This document shows, piece by piece, positions 49,016-58,398 of a DNA stretch of 64,000 nt (position 1 is the stretch's first letter; the number at the start of each line of letters is the position of its first letter). The notes under the pieces are model-generated. The model made no database searches, was not told the origin of the DNA, and was given only the letters and a program-made list of their open reading frames with translations. The translations under genes were made by a program, and so were the position numbers. The stretch is from the sequence record NC_027399.1, one strand, 5' to 3'.

Positions 49016-50419
49016 ATGAGCATTCTGTCCATTCTAAATGAAATTAAAAATACCAGCAGTACTAATGCAAAAAAAGATATCCTAAGAGAAAATAAAAATA
49101 ATATTTTACTACAAAAGGTAATCAAATACGCATTGGATCCTCTTAAAGTTTATGGATATAAAAAGCTTCCAGAACCAGTCTCAGACGGTTTCAAAATGAG
49201 CCTTAATGATGCACTGGACGCACTTGACCGTATTGCTAGTCGTGAATTTACTGGTCATACTGGCCGTGATTTTATTGCATCAGTCCTTGGTTCAGTTAAT
49301 GAAGATGATGCTGAAGTACTACGTAAAGTATTGGTTAAAAATCTAGATAATGGTATTCAAGCAAAAATGGCAAATGCTGTTTTTGGTAATATCGTTCTCG
49401 ATGAAAGTTATATGCGTTGTGATCTACTTACTGCAAAAACGGCAAAAAAAATTAATTTTAAAAAGTTTGGTTATGCAGTTAGTGAATTAAAACATGATGG
49501 TCAATATCTTTCGCATATTATCAAAGATGGAAAAGTCACGAGTACCAGTCGCAACTCCAAAATATATGACTTTTATGGAACTAAAGATGATGATATGCTA
49601 AAACTTGCTGAACTTATTCAAAGTTCCGACTCTCGTTTTAGTTCCGGTGTTGTTGTGATGGGTGAAGCATTAGTATACAGTACTGACATGATTAACCCAG
49701 AACCACGAACTACTGGTAATGGTATTATTCAGAAATTTGGTAAAAATGGTGGTACTATTGACGAAGCCCACAGGGTATTCTTTAAACTATGGGATGTTGT
49801 TCCATATGATGCGTTCATTGAAGGTGAGTGGGATGTTATTAGAAAGGAACGCCGAGAACTATTAGAAAATACATTAAATGAATTAAATTCTAACTTTGTT
49901 AAAATGACTGAGTACAGAATCGTTCATTCATTTAAAGAAGCATTTGATTATAATACAGAAGTGATGACACAAGGTTCCGAAGGTACTATCATCAAGTCTG
50001 AAGACAATATTTTCAAATCACATACATCACCAACACAACTTAAAGTCAAACTCAAGATGGAAGTTGATTTGAAAATTGTTGGATTTGAAAAAGGTGTAGG
50101 AAAACGTAAAGGAACACTTGGTTCTATTATTCTACAAAGTGATGATGGTCAATTAGTGACCAACTGTGGGACTGGTTTCACTGATAAAATGCTTGACGAA
50201 ATCTGGAAAAACAGAGATAATCTTCTTTACAAAATCGTAGCAGTTGAAGCAAATGATATAGTACTTGATAAGCGTACAAAAGTTCCAAGTTTATTCTTAC
50301 CAGTATTTGTGGAAATTCGTGAAGATAAGGATACTGCTGATACTTATAGTAGAATTCAAGAAATCAAAGAAAGTAGTATTGAAGTATTCAGTACTAAACT
50401 ATTAGAATCAATCAAATAA
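49016..50419 (+). CDS. lig: ATP-dependent DNA ligase
   Basis: Motif I ELKHDG, MGE, KLWD, EGTIIK, KVK, OB-fold GTGF and LFLPVF. Confidence 0.95.
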   Translation: MSILSILNEIKNTSSTNAKKDILRENKNNILLQKVIKYALDPLKVYGYKKLPEPVSDGFKMSLNDALDALDRIASREFTGHTGRDFIASVLGSVNEDDAEVLRKVLVKNLDNGIQAKMANAVFGNIVLDESYMRCDLLTAKTAKKINFKKFGYAVSELKHDGQYLSHIIKDGKVTSTSRNSKIYDFYGTKDDDMLKLAELIQSSDSRFSSGVVVMGEALVYSTDMINPEPRTTGNGIIQKFGKNGGTIDEAHRVFFKLWDVVPYDAFIEGEWDVIRKERRELLENTLNELNSNFVKMTEYRIVHSFKEAFDYNTEVMTQGSEGTIIKSEDNIFKSHTSPTQLKVKLKMEVDLKIVGFEKGVGKRKGTLGSIILQSDDGQLVTNCGTGFTDKMLDEIWKNRDNLLYKIVAVEANDIVLDKRTKVPSLFLPVFVEIREDKDTADTYSRIQEIKESSIEVFSTKLLESIK

Positions 50420-50427
50420 GGTATATT

Positions 50428-50721
50428 ATGAAAATTAAATCACTAATTGCAGGTTTTTCATTGGCATCTATTATTTTCATTACTGGTTGTACTGACGCAA
50501 CTCAATCACAAATCATGTCACTTGGTAATATTCATCAAGTTAAATGTTATAGTGGTGGAGTAGAAATCTTTAATGATTACAGTACTGGTAAAGTGAATGA
50601 TGAAAGTGGTAATGGTATTGGATATGAATCTTACTATACTAAACAATATGTAAACACATATGCAGATTGTATTGTACATACTATGCCAAATAATTTTGTG
50701 CCTCCTTCTAAATCAGAATAA
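50428..50721 (+). CDS. putative lipoprotein
   Basis: Signal peptide with IITGC lipobox. Confidence 0.7.
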   Translation: MKIKSLIAGFSLASIIFITGCTDATQSQIMSLGNIHQVKCYSGGVEIFNDYSTGKVNDESGNGIGYESYYTKQYVNTYADCIVHTMPNNFVPPSKSE

Positions 50722-50772
50722 GGAATATTAAAATAGAGCACTTTGTGCTCTCTAATTTTTATGTACATAAAA

Positions 50773-51156
50773 ATGCTAAATTTTAGGAATAATGATTTTA
50801 TATTTACATCAACTGCATCACCACAGTCGTATTTGAATATGAATAATCTACCTTATGGTATTATGTACCATTGTGATGTATCTACAATTTTTGATTCCAA
50901 TAATCCTGAATTTCATTTCGTTGAAAAATCAAGATATAATAACAATGTTGGTATTATCAATGGTGGATTATATGAGTATGCATTTGATTACGATAAAAAT
51001 TATTATGTAGCAATACCAAATAGTAGTTTAGTGTATTCATATATGCTGACTGATATAATTGGATTACCATTCAGTACTAAATTATTGAAATTTGATTTGA
51101 GGGTGATTGAACCAGTACTATTATGGGATTTTATTTTTGCAATGAAATCGCTTTAA
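50773..51156 (+). CDS. hypothetical protein
   Basis: Start moved past the AGAGCAC-TTT-GTGCTCT hairpin (50735-50751). Confidence 0.6.
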   Translation: MLNFRNNDFIFTSTASPQSYLNMNNLPYGIMYHCDVSTIFDSNNPEFHFVEKSRYNNNVGIINGGLYEYAFDYDKNYYVAIPNSSLVYSYMLTDIIGLPFSTKLLKFDLRVIEPVLLWDFIFAMKSL

Positions 51157-51159
51157 TTC

Positions 51160-51279
51160 TTGACAAATGTAAAAATTTGTGATATAGTGATTGTAATGAT
51201 TGCAGTATTAAAATACGTATATGTAAAATGGAGAATATACTATGATTAATTTGACATAAGAAGAAACTGCTGTTATTAT
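51160..51279 (+). promoter_or_regulatory. two sigma70-type promoters flanking a 5-codon minigene
   Basis: TTGACA-17-TATAGT (51160-51188); GGAG + ATG ATT AAT TTG ACA TAA (51242-51259); TTGACA-17-TATTAT (51251-51279). Confidence 0.55.
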
Positions 51280-51297
51280 AAAAAAAATAATCAATAA

Positions 51298-51321
51298 GCT
51301 CACCATAAGGTGAGCATTTTT
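51298..51321 (+). terminator. intrinsic terminator
   Basis: GCTCACC-ATAA-GGTGAGC-ATTTTT. Confidence 0.7.
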
Positions 51322-51370
51322 GTCTCAAAATACTTACAATTTAATAGATTAAAATATACAAAGGATTTGT

Positions 51371-52195
51371 ATGAAAGTAACAGGAAAGGGAAATCAGAAG
51401 GATGACCTATTTCATATAGATAAGTTTTTAAATACTGGTAAATTTTTACCAGGAACAATATTTTCTCGTTCAACTACTAGACAAAAGAACAATAAAGGTG
51501 TAATATCATATCCATATTGGAATTATAAATGCCCCAAATGTTCACATGATGAATTCGTTGAACATGGTTTATGTTCTGGTGTATTCGAAGGTGAATGTCA
51601 AAAACTAAAATTAGGAAAACGTAATTGTAGATGTGCTCCGACATATAGGTGGACACAAGAACAACGAGAATATCAAATACAAAAAGAAATCGATGAACGT
51701 GGTCTAGAAAATTATTTTATTGGATGGGTTGATCCTGAAGGATATAAAAATAATGGAAGTAAAATTATAATTGGATGTATAAATTCAGATGATGATGGTA
51801 CCCAACATAAAAGTTATACTATAGCAATAAATGATTTTCTCCATGGACATAAAGGTTGTGCTAAATGTGCCGGTCAAACACAAAAACATGCATATATAAA
51901 TGTTGTATATAATGAAAATAAACCAGTAGCTATAAAATTTGGAATTGCAAATGCACCACACATAAGGATTGAATTTCAAAATAGTAAAAATTTATATAAG
52001 ATGGTTCAAACGCACATTTACAAATTTTTCAGTACTGAACAATGTAAAGATGCTGAACGATATTGTAAATCAATTTATAAAAATGTTTTAACAAAAGAAC
52101 AACTATTTGATGGTTATACTGAAACCACACTATTGGAAAATATAGAAAATATTATTCAAATCTATGAAAAATATGGTGGAATCAGAACAAAATAA
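51371..52195 (+). mobile_element. putative free-standing homing endonuclease (Cys-rich N-terminus, GIY-YIG-like C-terminus)
   Basis: CPKC, RNCRC, GCAKC; AYI..IKFGIA...RI..Q...CKDAE; lacks the local GTAC enrichment (2 sites in 825 bp). Confidence 0.6.
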
Positions 52196-52264
52196 TGATT
52201 GACATTTTATTTGTTTATGTTACAATGTCTCTATAAATTGATTAATAAACACGAGGAAATACAA

Positions 52265-52966
52265 ATGCTAGATCAATTCACATTCGGTGGTTACTCATCC
52301 GGTACACAAATTACTAACTACAGTGTTCCAATTGTGGTAGAAAAAGAAAATGGGCAAGAGCGTTCTTATGACTTGTCTTCTCGTATGATGAAAGAACGTA
52401 TTATTTTCATCGATTCTGATTTCAATCCACAAATGGCACACATTCTAAAAATGCAACTACTTTGGCTTGACTCACAGGATGATGCACCAATTGTATTGTA
52501 TGTATCATCACCTGGTGGTTCTGTTCATGATGGTCTAGGTATTGCTGACGTTGCGAAATACTGTCGCTCTCCAATTCGTACTATTGTAATGGGATACGCC
52601 GCCAGTATGGGTGCGTTTACACAAAGTACAGTAGGTACTCCAGGTCATCGTTTTGCTGGTGAATCTGCTATGATTATGTGTCACCAAGTATCTTCAGGCA
52701 CTAAAGGTCTAATTACTGATCAGAAGATTGCTCTAAAGCATACTGAACGCCTTAATGAACTACTGATGAAACGCATTGCTGAAAGTGTTGGTGTTTCATA
52801 TGAACAACTACTTGAAGATGCTGACCGTGACTTGTGGCTAAATGCTGAAGAGTCACTAAATTATGGTACTAAAGGTTTCATTGATGGTATTATTCTTAGT
52901 GCTAAAAATGAAAAAGGTGAATTCCTAGTTCGTCGTCGCGGTGGCGTAGAAGAGTGGGTCAAATAA
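52265..52966 (+). CDS. clpP: ATP-dependent Clp protease proteolytic subunit
   Basis: SSPGGSV, AASMG (catalytic Ser), MCHQ, DRD; ATG 52265 has GAGG SD. Confidence 0.93.
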   Translation: MLDQFTFGGYSSGTQITNYSVPIVVEKENGQERSYDLSSRMMKERIIFIDSDFNPQMAHILKMQLLWLDSQDDAPIVLYVSSPGGSVHDGLGIADVAKYCRSPIRTIVMGYAASMGAFTQSTVGTPGHRFAGESAMIMCHQVSSGTKGLITDQKIALKHTERLNELLMKRIAESVGVSYEQLLEDADRDLWLNAEESLNYGTKGFIDGIILSAKNEKGEFLVRRRGGVEEWVK

Positions 52967-52986
52967 TTTAGTACTGAATAATTAAA

Positions 52987-53009
52987 ACCCTCCAATTGGA
53001 GGGTATTTT
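52987..53009 (+). terminator. intrinsic terminator
   Basis: ACCCTCC-AATT-GGAGGGT-ATTTT. Confidence 0.7.
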
Positions 53010-53023
53010 GTATAGAGAGTAAT

Positions 53024-53305
53024 ATGAAACAATTAATTCGAAACAATACAAATGAAGAATCCGAAATTCTAGATGATACTGAATTTCTCAGTACTGCATT
53101 AGAACAGATCAGTACTACTGCATTAAATCTCAAAGAAGTTGATGCAACTGATAAATTGCTTGATGGTTTTTCAGATATTCTTGAACTTCTTAGTGAAGTA
53201 CTTCTTAAAAATAATATCAATCCAAAAAATGCTTTTATTCATGCAGAAAATCTACGTCAAGAAAAGGGGACTTTTCATGACAAGAAAGCAATTAATAAAG
53301 ACTAA
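53024..53305 (+). CDS. possible MazG-like / nucleoside triphosphate pyrophosphohydrolase-like protein (degenerate)
   Basis: SDILELL...I.......LRQEKGTF resembles ADxLEV...KRxERGxF; weak. Confidence 0.4.
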   Translation: MKQLIRNNTNEESEILDDTEFLSTALEQISTTALNLKEVDATDKLLDGFSDILELLSEVLLKNNINPKNAFIHAENLRQEKGTFHDKKAINKD

Positions 53306-53328
53306 CATCAATTAAAAGGAATTAGAAT

Positions 53329-53793
53329 ATGTCACAACAAGAACAATATGAACTAGGTAAAGTATCTTTCAACAACGGTATTGTATATACTCAGGAAGAA
53401 CTTAAACAATGTAATCCACTATTTCGTACTGGATATAAGGCTGCACAACAAGCAGCGATGCTACGAAATAACAACATTTTCCCCACTGTACTCTTCGATG
53501 TTCCAAAACGTCCAGAAATTTTCAAACCAACATGGGTTGATATCATGAGTGCAATGAAACGCCCACGATACCATCGCTTACATAGTAATGAAGGCCGTTG
53601 GTTGATGTTTGGTATTGCTAAGCATATTGAAACACGTACAAGTGAAATCAAGCGTTATAAAGACGTGCTCACTATGGTGGATGAAGCATTTGACTATGTT
53701 CTCCAATATGGTTATGATGAAGGTGTATTAACGGCACAGGATTGTGAGCAATATAATTACACACCAAAGCCAGTAATTGCAAATAAAGAATAA
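53329..53793 (+). CDS. hypothetical protein
   Basis: AAGGA SD. Confidence 0.8.
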   Translation: MSQQEQYELGKVSFNNGIVYTQEELKQCNPLFRTGYKAAQQAAMLRNNNIFPTVLFDVPKRPEIFKPTWVDIMSAMKRPRYHRLHSNEGRWLMFGIAKHIETRTSEIKRYKDVLTMVDEAFDYVLQYGYDEGVLTAQDCEQYNYTPKPVIANKE

Positions 53794-53842
53794 AATAGAT
53801 CCAGTACTACACTCTATGTGGTATTTTTGAGGTAATTGTAAT

Positions 53843-54202
53843 ATGCGTAAAATTATTTGTGTTGATATGGATTATTCCGCTGACCCTCTGTGGTTAGGAA
53901 TTGAAGATGTAGATGAACCAGAAAGTATTTCATTCATCAATGAATGTTTGACTGATTACGAGGATGTTTTGAGTAATGAAGTACTACACAGTTTAACTCT
54001 ATTCCAATCCACATGGGAAAGTTTTCACAGTTCAAAATACAAATCTGTATTTTCTGCATATTCTTTTCCTGGATCATTCAGTACCAAAGAATACCTGAGT
54101 ACTTTAGCTTTTTTGTGTGCTTCACAAATTAAAAAAGAACACCCAGAATGGCGTGTATTTTATACCTCAATGTATGATTATGAAAGGACTGAATTAAAAT
54201 GA
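53843..54202 (+). CDS. hypothetical protein
   Basis: GAGG SD. Confidence 0.7.
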   Translation: MRKIICVDMDYSADPLWLGIEDVDEPESISFINECLTDYEDVLSNEVLHSLTLFQSTWESFHSSKYKSVFSAYSFPGSFSTKEYLSTLAFLCASQIKKEHPEWRVFYTSMYDYERTELK

Positions 54203-54747
54203 AATTAAAAAATGCAGATGTAAAAAACATTAGTACTAAAATTGAATACTTGCATAAGCGTAGAATTGAACTTGCATATGAAATTAGTACTAAAGCATAT
54301 AATTTAGTTAAAGGGTTATATGCCGAATATGAAAAAAATTTCAAATATAGTATTTTAAATACACTTCAATTCAAACCACAATCTTTTGATAGTTTTGAGA
54401 AAGATTTGTTTGGTGGTGGAGGATTCTATAGTACCAAAAAGAAAATTGTACTTGATGTAGTTAATCAGACCAATCCAGGTGTTACTAGGGTGATATTTGT
54501 TGATGCTTTGTGGTTTAAAGTCAAATATACTATAACCAACGAAAAGGATGATGATTTTATTCATCGTGCTGATACAGTAGGTCAAATTTTTGTAGATCAC
54601 AATAAAGACTTTGATTTTTATAAAAAATTCCGTATTATTTCTGAATTGGGTGATATCGTATATGAAGATTCAGATTTATCCCGAATTACACGTTGGGAAA
54701 GAGAGATTGATAATATGGAATCAATTTTAGCGGATTACAATAAATGA
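54199..54747 (+). CDS. hypothetical protein
   Basis: ATGA coupling. Confidence 0.75.
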   Translation: MKLKNADVKNISTKIEYLHKRRIELAYEISTKAYNLVKGLYAEYEKNFKYSILNTLQFKPQSFDSFEKDLFGGGGFYSTKKKIVLDVVNQTNPGVTRVIFVDALWFKVKYTITNEKDDDFIHRADTVGQIFVDHNKDFDFYKKFRIISELGDIVYEDSDLSRITRWEREIDNMESILADYNK

Positions 54748-55271
54748 TATATCATTTAACTGAAGAACAAAGTACTGAATACTTTAACAATTTAGAAGCG
54801 GTTCTGGACTATCATAAAAAAATTCATACAGATGCATGTAATATTTTAAATTCTTGGTATACTTTTTATAAATTGAATTTTAATAACCTACCGTGGTATA
54901 TGAAATTTGGTGTTTTATCATATAAAAAGTTTTTAGCATCTATTGCTAACGATACTGGGTTAGAAATAAGAAATAAAATGTATCAATATGTAACACCACG
55001 CAATATGTCTGGATGGGTTTATAAATTAAAAATTAATAAAATCCAAAAATTAACTGGTATTGATTTAAGTACCGAAAGTATAAATTTGGTAATTCATGCA
55101 ATGCATTTTGGTTTACAATATGATAGTATGTATGATTTGTATAGAACATTAGAAAAAATAAAAAAATATGGTTCAATTCCATATACTATTGATGAATATG
55201 ATTTGAAAATTTTTGAACATGTATCATTTTTAGTACAACATTATAATATAGAGAAATATAATGAAGCATAA
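54744..55271 (+). CDS. hypothetical protein
   Basis: ATGA coupling. Confidence 0.75.
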   Translation: MIYHLTEEQSTEYFNNLEAVLDYHKKIHTDACNILNSWYTFYKLNFNNLPWYMKFGVLSYKKFLASIANDTGLEIRNKMYQYVTPRNMSGWVYKLKINKIQKLTGIDLSTESINLVIHAMHFGLQYDSMYDLYRTLEKIKKYGSIPYTIDEYDLKIFEHVSFLVQHYNIEKYNEA

Positions 55272-55731
55272 AACATGGTTAAATATTGCTAAAGCGGTTG
55301 CCGAGGAAAGTAAATGTATTTCACACAAAGTTGGTGCAGTAATTGTAAAGAATAACAGGATTCTCAGTACTGGGTATAATGGTACAAGTTCTGGAGCAGT
55401 TAATTGTTGTGATGCGAATAGTCATTTAATTCATAATAATGAATTTCAAAATTGGGTATCAGATGAAGCTAAACATGAACATCATGAGTGGAGTAATATT
55501 CATGAAATTCACGCAGAAATGAATGCTTTATTATATAGCTCTCCACAAGAACGACAGGGTGCAACTCTTTATAGTACAATGCAACCCTGCTATACCTGTT
55601 CTAAATTAATTGCAGGGAGTGGTATTACTAATGTAATTTATGAAAAAGAATACCCACGTACACCACCCGAAGCAATTGAAGTTTTAAAAGATGCTGGTAT
55701 TACAGTTAATAAATTATCAGATTTGGAATAA
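55261..55731 (+). CDS. cd: dCMP deaminase
   Basis: KVGAVIV, GYNG, HAEMNAL, PCYTC. Confidence 0.93.
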   Translation: MKHKTWLNIAKAVAEESKCISHKVGAVIVKNNRILSTGYNGTSSGAVNCCDANSHLIHNNEFQNWVSDEAKHEHHEWSNIHEIHAEMNALLYSSPQERQGATLYSTMQPCYTCSKLIAGSGITNVIYEKEYPRTPPEAIEVLKDAGITVNKLSDLE

Positions 55732-55802
55732 TTATTTTAACATAATAAATGCACTTTTGGATTATATACAATTAGTATCTTTTGAGTTAAAATAATACAA
55801 AA

Positions 55803-55833
55803 AAGGAGAACTATAAAGTTCTCCTTAATTTTT
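55803..55833. terminator. bidirectional terminator between convergent genes
   Basis: AAGGAGAACT-ATAA-AGTTCTCCTT with A/T tracts on both sides. Confidence 0.75.
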
Positions 55834-55836
55834 AAA

Positions 55837-56475
55837 TTATTCTACTGTGACTTCAACAGTATCAGTTTTGTTTCCATCATTGGTGGTTACAGTTATAGTT
55901 GCAGTACCAGCAGCTACATATGAAACTAGTCCAGTACTATCTACAGTACAAACACCCACTGCACTGGAAGACCATGTAACAGATTTATCGGTTGCATCCA
56001 ATGGTAGTACTGAAACGCTTAGTTGCTCGGTACCACCGACTGCACCAGTAAGAGTTTTTGGTGAAACAGTAACGCTTTCTACATGAACGACTGGTGGTTT
56101 TACGTTAGTGCGTCTAAAGATAAATCCACCATTATCCAACTTGACTTTGTTGAGTTGGTAGAGTATACTGAATCCCTCGACACCGGTTTTTGGGTCAGAT
56201 TCTTTGATACAAAAGGTATTTACTGCTAGTGAATCAGCAATATCTTCGTCAGCATCGGAATATTTTAGTGCTACCAGATTTGAATCGCGGTGAACTAGTC
56301 TAATAAATGTATAAACAGTTCCATCTGTGGAAATCAAATCATACACATCAAAAGTTCTTTGTTTGTATACAAATAGGTCGCCAACATGAACTGTACCATT
56401 AACATTTGCCGCAGTGACTTTCAATCCATCAACAACAAACGGATAATGGTTTTGTTTTGCGATAACACGTGCCAT
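55837..56475 (-). CDS. Ig-like (Big_2) domain protein, probable virion decoration/tail protein
   Basis: VESVTVSPKTLT...PLDATDKSVTWSSS...VDSTGLV..VAAGTATITVTT; GGGAG SD. Confidence 0.85.
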   Translation of the reverse strand: MARVIAKQNHYPFVVDGLKVTAANVNGTVHVGDLFVYKQRTFDVYDLISTDGTVYTFIRLVHRDSNLVALKYSDADEDIADSLAVNTFCIKESDPKTGVEGFSILYQLNKVKLDNGGFIFRRTNVKPPVVHVESVTVSPKTLTGAVGGTEQLSVSVLPLDATDKSVTWSSSAVGVCTVDSTGLVSYVAAGTATITVTTNDGNKTDTVEVTVE

Positions 56476-56574
56476 TATTTTCTCCCTTTTATAAAAACTT
56501 GTAAACGTTATTAAATTTATGTTTATTATAAAATTTTATATAACCTTACTATTATTTACCAATTTAGAGGAAAT

Positions 56575-57171
56575 ATGTTTATTGTACTAAAAGAATTTTT
56601 ATATAATACATTAATTGCTTTTTCACTTATTTTCCCATCACATGATATTCAACAGAATGTAACTGTAAACGATAGTAACGTGTTAATTTTTAATACTAAA
56701 ATAAACGACGAATCAGTACAAAGAGCGGAAACATTATATAAGAAATATAAGTACAAAACCATTTCTATTACCTCACCTGGAGGTGATGTGAATTCTGGTT
56801 TTGAATTAGCAGTCTTTGCTTCTGACCATAATATTAAAGTTAATGTACCGAAGTACTGTGCAAGTGCATGTACAGTTATATTTTTTGCTGCTGATAAACA
56901 AAACAGAGTTATGGATAAAGATGCTATTATTGCTATTCATAATGTTTCGGTTGTGGCTAATAATGATATTTCTGGTAATGAAACCATATCTATCAATACT
57001 GCCATGGATTTAATGAAAGATACATCAGAAATTGTAGCAGCTATGTATAGTTTATATGCATATGTTGGTATTCCAGGTGAAATCCTGATGAGAACAAGCA
57101 CTATGCACGGAGCTGATTCTTATCAAATAACAAAAAAACAACTCCAAATGTGGGGCATTTTAGAAAAATAA
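56575..57171 (+). CDS. exported ClpP/crotonase-fold serine peptidase-like protein
   Basis: N-terminal hydrophobic segment; ITSPGGDV, CASAC, IAIH. Confidence 0.7.
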   Translation: MFIVLKEFLYNTLIAFSLIFPSHDIQQNVTVNDSNVLIFNTKINDESVQRAETLYKKYKYKTISITSPGGDVNSGFELAVFASDHNIKVNVPKYCASACTVIFFAADKQNRVMDKDAIIAIHNVSVVANNDISGNETISINTAMDLMKDTSEIVAAMYSLYAYVGIPGEILMRTSTMHGADSYQITKKQLQMWGILEK

Positions 57172-57173
57172 AT

Positions 57174-57202
57174 CTGTACAAGAATATCATTTGTGATATA
57201 AT
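57174..57202 (+). promoter_or_regulatory. extended -10 promoter of the NAD salvage operon
   Basis: TG-A-TATAAT (57194-57202). Confidence 0.6.
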
Positions 57203-57210
57203 AATTAAAC

Positions 57211-57258
57211 AGAGAGTGATGTAGCTCTCTTTTATATAGCTTAGGGAGTACTAAGACA
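57211..57258 (+). promoter_or_regulatory. two-hairpin leader with SD in loop (nadM)
   Basis: AGAGAG-TGATGTAG-CTCTCT ... CTTAG-GGAGTA-CTAAG-ACA-ATG. Confidence 0.6.
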
Positions 57259-58323
57259 ATGAAAGAAAAAGTTTATGTATATATTGGACGTTTCCAAATT
57301 CCACATATTGGTCATGAAGAAGTCCTCAAACATGCGATCAAAATTGCAGATCGTGTTATCATTCAGGTCGGTTCAAGTGAACTGGCTCGTGATCCAAAAA
57401 ATCCATTCACGTTTGAAGAACGTAAGTCAGTACTAGAAGAAATTACAAAACGTGTAGCTCAAGATGAATGGAATAAAGGTCGAACTGTTAAAATCGATAT
57501 TATGCCATTACATGATTATGTATATGATAATAATGCATGGCTAAAAGAAGTACAGGATAATGTTAAAACATGTACTTCAAGTAATGATATTACTATTACC
57601 GGTTGTCGTAAAAATGGTGATACTAGTACTGAATATCTTAACTATTTTCCTCAATGGAAAAATGACTTCATTAACGAAGTACAAAGTAATGCAAAGGGTA
57701 CTATTAGTAGTACTGAACTACGCGAAGCTTTCTTTGTCTCTGGTAAAGTTCCAACTGAATTTGTTTCAAAAGAAACAACAGAATTTCTAGAAAATTTTGT
57801 CAGTACTAAACCGGATGTATTCGATAATCTTATTAAAGAATATGAATTCATTAATCGTTATATTGAACAAATGAAAGAAGCACTACCTTATGATATTCCA
57901 TTTTTAACAGCAGATAACATCGTCGTCAGTTGTGGTCACGTTCTTCTTATTCGTAGAAGAACATATCCAGGAAAAGGATTATTAGCTATGCCGGGTGGAT
58001 ATTTTCAATGTTGGGATGATAAAGACCAGATTGATACTGCAATTCGTGAATTAAAAGAAGAAACTAAAATCGATGTACCTGAAAAAGTGCTTCGTGGTAA
58101 TATTGTTAGTGCAACAGACTTTACTGACATGAATAGAAGTCTTCGCTGGCGAATTCTAACTAAAGCTGTTCATATTCAATTACCTGACGTCACTCTACCT
58201 AAAGTTAAAGGAAGTGATGATGCAGAAAAAGCTCAGTGGATTCCACTAAGCGATGTAGAAAAATATCGTGATCAGTTCTTTGAGGACCATTATTCTATTT
58301 TGGCTTCAGTACTGAAACTATAA
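57259..58323 (+). CDS. nadM: bifunctional NMN adenylyltransferase / Nudix hydrolase (NadM-Nudix, NatV-like)
   Basis: IGRFQIPHIGH, KNPFTFEER, SSTELR; Nudix PGG..AIRELKEET, DDAEKAQW. Confidence 0.93.
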   Translation: MKEKVYVYIGRFQIPHIGHEEVLKHAIKIADRVIIQVGSSELARDPKNPFTFEERKSVLEEITKRVAQDEWNKGRTVKIDIMPLHDYVYDNNAWLKEVQDNVKTCTSSNDITITGCRKNGDTSTEYLNYFPQWKNDFINEVQSNAKGTISSTELREAFFVSGKVPTEFVSKETTEFLENFVSTKPDVFDNLIKEYEFINRYIEQMKEALPYDIPFLTADNIVVSCGHVLLIRRRTYPGKGLLAMPGGYFQCWDDKDQIDTAIRELKEETKIDVPEKVLRGNIVSATDFTDMNRSLRWRILTKAVHIQLPDVTLPKVKGSDDAEKAQWIPLSDVEKYRDQFFEDHYSILASVLKL

Positions 58324-58352
58324 AGAATTATTACACAGAGTAATAATAAATC

Positions 58353-58398
58353 AGAGAACGTAGTAGTTCTCTAACTTAAACTAAGGGAGTCTTAGAAA
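58353..58398 (+). promoter_or_regulatory. two-hairpin leader with SD in loop (nadV)
   Basis: AGAGAAC-GTAGTA-GTTCTCT ... CTAAG-GGAGT-CTTAG-AAA-ATG. Confidence 0.6.
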
